Assembly (NCBI GenBank): GCA_030167865.1
Contig: JALAGF010006404.1
Span: forward strand, 1-34,491
Origin: Craspedostauros australis
Lineage: Eukaryota
DNA length: 34,491 nucleotides
Reading direction: 5' to 3'
Shown here in pieces: positions 31,207 to 34,491 of the stretch. A program made the translations under genes and the position numbers. Within the stretch, counting starts at the first letter, position 1. Every line of letters begins with the position of its first letter. The notes beneath the pieces are model-generated. The model did not search any database. It saw nothing but the letters and a program-made list of their open reading frames with translations, and had not been told where the DNA came from.

Positions 31207-32402
31207 TCTGCTGTTGTGTGATTGCAAACGTCTCTGTGTGCACTTCGCGCTTCCGCCGCTGTCCCGTGCCGTTGCTCCTTCCTTCTTTCGTCCTGCTGAC
31301 CTCTTTGTTTGGACTTGCTGAGTTCCGTTTCGATGGCTTCCTTGGCTTCGACGCAGGCTCAGGTGTTGATCGACTTTGATGTCTTGTCCGTTGCCACACT
31401 TTGGCACTTGCTTCTCGTCTTTGGTGATGAGCAGGAGCTGCTCGGACTGTAGTAGTAGTATAGTGGCACTGTACGACTACTTGTATTAGTACCAGTTGCA
31501 ACAGTCTCTCTCGATGCACCTTCTTGGTCTCTCTGCATGGATCAAAGCCAAACACAAAACGGAGCCATGCAACCTCCGCGTAGATCTTTGCCGTTTGGCA
31601 CGTTACGCACTCCGCTCGTCTCGTGTCTGTCTCACCATTCAACAACGACGACATCAACGGCGTTCGTCGCAGAAATTCGCCAGAGATGGCGCAATTTCCA
31701 TCCCGCGCTTTTCGGTGTGACCAAAGATGGTACCAAACGTTAGGCCAACGGCTGTCACTTAGTCTGGGGCAAGTCAACCGATTGTACGAGACATGCACAT
31801 CGGACGTTTATTCAAGTCCTCAAGCATCAATACAAGCAAATTCAAACTCTGTCAAATCTTCTTCTTCCTGTCAATTCTGGCGGCGCGGCTGGCTTATTCA
31901 GTCGGGGCATTCGAAGCTTGCAGATTCAGATTCGTTGATCGAGTTGGTCGTGGTCGCGGTGGTCGAAACGAATCAAGTTCAGCAAAAACACACGACTCAT
32001 TTCAACAAACGCAAAATCACACAAAACAAAACAACACAACACAACGGAAGGAAACAACGCGCACATGAACAGTCACAATCCATCTCACCAACCACCTTTC
32101 AGGCATGATACCGTACTACTGCATGGCACCACAACATCCGACTCGCACCATACGTCCTTCCCAGTCAGGTTCATGTTCATGTTCATGCTGCTCTCCAGAC
32201 TGCTTCTGATTTGAAAGACAAAACCTGAGAAGCAGCGAGAGTCTCAACGAGGGAAGCATCGCTGCAACGGTGGAGCACGTCCCCCTACTATACGACTATT
32301 GAGTGACGGTTCTGTGCTGTTCTACCGTGCACGGCAACACACGAAGAGTCTGCTGCACAACAATACCCCTGCGCGAAGAGATCCACATCCTACCACACCA
32401 AT

Positions 32403-34088
32403 ATGTTGCGACCAGCGTCAAGGACGAGCAACGACGATGTCACATCGCATGCACATGCAGCTGCTCATGTGCACAGCGCACCGAGCCATGCGGTCACGGG
32501 CAAGACCAAGAGACTCAAGAAGACCGCCGCTCGCAATCCGCTTAACTTCCTCTACATCGTCCTGGCCTTTGGCGCTGGCATGTTTCTGCAGAATGTCTTC
32601 TTCTTCGTTGCGACGCCACAGCCGCAGATGATGCACCCACTGCAGCAGCCAGTCTTTCAGGCCGTGCAGAAACCATCCGCGTTGCCGGACGAGTTCCGAC
32701 GCATCCTCAACCGCGCCACGCACCATGCCCATCATTGTCAGACGTTGGATTCCACCATGGGGGTGCAGGATTCCATGGCCCAACGTGCTCAAACGCACCC
32801 GCTCTACAACAACCACACGGCCCATCTGCCGCCTTTTGGCATCATCCCTGCATTGCAGCGGTACGAAGCAGAATTCGCCGCGAGCAAAGGCAACGACCAA
32901 TATCCGTACCAATGCCACCTGCCACCGGAATATGAGTGCGACGAGACGCAGTTCACCGTCATCTTCATGGCCTACAATCCGGATCGATTGGACAAGATGT
33001 ACAATCAGATACTCAAGTTCGTCAAAGACAAGCAGTTCGCCCCGCTCGTCAGAGAGGTCCTCGTGGTTTGGAATGGCGATAGAGACGTCGAAGAGACGAA
33101 CCTCGGCAAGAGGTTGGTCGAACTCAACCACGAATTCCCGGTCCGCATCTCGTATCCCCTCAAGGCGGGCTTTCCCAACGATCTCTTGAATCGCTACCAC
33201 CCGCGATTGGACGTCAAAACGAAGGCCGTCATGTACTACGACGACGACGGTCCCTTCTATTCCTACTGGGCCACGCTGGCTGGATTCGAGCTGTGGAAAC
33301 GCAACGCCAACGCGCAGATCGGTGCCATGGCGCGCAAGCTCGATCCAAGTCGACGGCAGCGTGACGAACGCAAGGCCATCCTCAATGGTCCCGGCGACCG
33401 GTTCTTCATTTCGCATTGCAATCGCTTGCGCACGCCGACGGAGATGGCCGCAGCTGCACGGCAAAGCGGCAACAGCAACAAAGATGCCGACATTTCACCC
33501 TACGTTGGAGACGAGCTGCGATACAATTACAACGAATTCGCCAACTTCGGCGCCAACATGGTCCTGCCCAGCGGCTCCTTCTTACACTCCAATTACCTCT
33601 GCTACCTGTGGCATCCCGCCTTCGAGGAGATCCGGAAATATGTGCGAGCGCATCCCGTCAACCCCGATGATGGCACGGTCAGCATCATCGTTTCGCAGCT
33701 GAGCGGACGTTCGCCCAAGGTCTACTCGCGACGCATCGCCCAACCGCAGCAGCGGCGCCGGTTATCGTCGATGGGGAATGCCACTGAGCCTTTGGACGCT
33801 GTCGGGACAACGCAACCGCAAAGCCACAGACGCCTCATGGAGGGCATCGATTGGGACAAGTCGCATCCGCACCAGGCCAAGCAAAAGAACAGGTGGGGAC
33901 AGATGCGCAGCGACGTCGCCAACTCCCTGGTGCGCTACTTTGGCAGCACCAACTCCGGCAGCATTGGATGGTGCTACGGCACGCCCCAGGTGGATGCCAG
34001 CGGGGTCTACTGCAAGCCCGATCAAGCCAAGATCGGCATGCTCCCCTGGATGAAGCCCGATCATACGCCTTTGGATACGTGTCCCTAG
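32403..34088 (+). CDS. Glycosyltransferase family 64 (EXT/EXTL2 C-terminal-like), type II membrane protein, 561 aa
   Basis: N-terminal basic stretch plus TM (LNFLYIVLAFGAGMFLQNVFFFV). GT64 blocks FTVIFMAY, VREVLVVWNG, NDLLNRYHPRLDVKTKAVMYYDDD (cf. NSLNNRF.P...I.TEAVLSIDDD), GFELWKRN, ANMVLPSGSFLHSNYL. Confidence 0.88.
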   Translation: MLRPASRTSNDDVTSHAHAAAHVHSAPSHAVTGKTKRLKKTAARNPLNFLYIVLAFGAGMFLQNVFFFVATPQPQMMHPLQQPVFQAVQKPSALPDEFRRILNRATHHAHHCQTLDSTMGVQDSMAQRAQTHPLYNNHTAHLPPFGIIPALQRYEAEFAASKGNDQYPYQCHLPPEYECDETQFTVIFMAYNPDRLDKMYNQILKFVKDKQFAPLVREVLVVWNGDRDVEETNLGKRLVELNHEFPVRISYPLKAGFPNDLLNRYHPRLDVKTKAVMYYDDDGPFYSYWATLAGFELWKRNANAQIGAMARKLDPSRRQRDERKAILNGPGDRFFISHCNRLRTPTEMAAAARQSGNSNKDADISPYVGDELRYNYNEFANFGANMVLPSGSFLHSNYLCYLWHPAFEEIRKYVRAHPVNPDDGTVSIIVSQLSGRSPKVYSRRIAQPQQRRRLSSMGNATEPLDAVGTTQPQSHRRLMEGIDWDKSHPHQAKQKNRWGQMRSDVANSLVRYFGSTNSGSIGWCYGTPQVDASGVYCKPDQAKIGMLPWMKPDHTPLDTCP

Positions 34089-34491
34089 TTTCGTTATGTT
34101 GTAGATTACAAATCATGTTTCGATGATTCGTTCGACTAAAATCCTGGGAGTTGTCGGAAAAGGAGAAAAGCTTACTTTTTATGTCGGAATTGGCAAGACT
34201 AAGTACTTGATTAGACATAAATATGTGGTTTGCACCCATCATGGTACTTTGTTTGTTCCTACTACTATTGAGTACTTAGTTAGTTCTCTCCTTTGTGTTT
34301 CTGTTTCTGTTGTTTTCGTTGTTTTTTGGTGTTTGTTTTGGTTTTGTTCGTACTGTTGTCGTTATTCTGTGTGATCTACTCTGGGGAGTAGTGCTCTCTG
34401 TCTGTGATTTCTGTGTGCTTTGCTGCTTCTCGTGTGATGTTTCTGGTGTTGACGCATTCACGCTGATGCGGTGATTTTGTTGTTGTTGTTG

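Noticed and set aside
32418..33464. 348-aa antisense ORF over GT64
   Set aside because: Shadow of the real plus-strand gene.
34276..34491. Minus-strand frame open to the window edge (QQQQQNHRISVNAST...) as the 3' end of a tenth gene
   Set aside because: Low-complexity CAA-rich sequence is stop-poor by composition. It cannot be supported without the adjacent sequence.

Overview
This is eukaryotic nuclear DNA, most likely from a diatom or other stramenopile. That assignment is inferred from short GT-AG introns, GC-rich CDSs with poly-N/Q/S tracts, and ankyrin and His-kinase styles that I associate with diatoms. The first ~3.2 kb is non-genic and forms a large two-tier inverted repeat. Its outer arms (1-408 / 2763-3170) appear identical, its inner arms (~409-1045 / ~2135-2762) are diverged, and a pyrimidine/G-quadruplex tract lies at the axis. 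Nine genes follow in strictly alternating orientation: ankyrin-repeat protein (+), NPRL3/GATOR1 subunit (-), roadblock dynein light chain (+), MUS81 (-), 3-exon SEC5/EXOC2 (+), a disordered ankyrin-like protein (-), a rhodopsin-histidine kinase (+), a 2-exon DYRKP-type kinase (-) and a GT64 glycosyltransferase (+). The standout is the intronless gene at ~22219-26055. It fuses an 8-TM type-1 (microbial) rhodopsin that retains the retinal-binding Lys to a PAS-like region, HisKA, an atypical HATPase, a receiver domain and a His-less HPt-like bundle. It is a candidate single-chain light-sensing phosphorelay with an unusual retinal pocket and no cyclase. All family calls come from motif recognition by eye; no searches were run.
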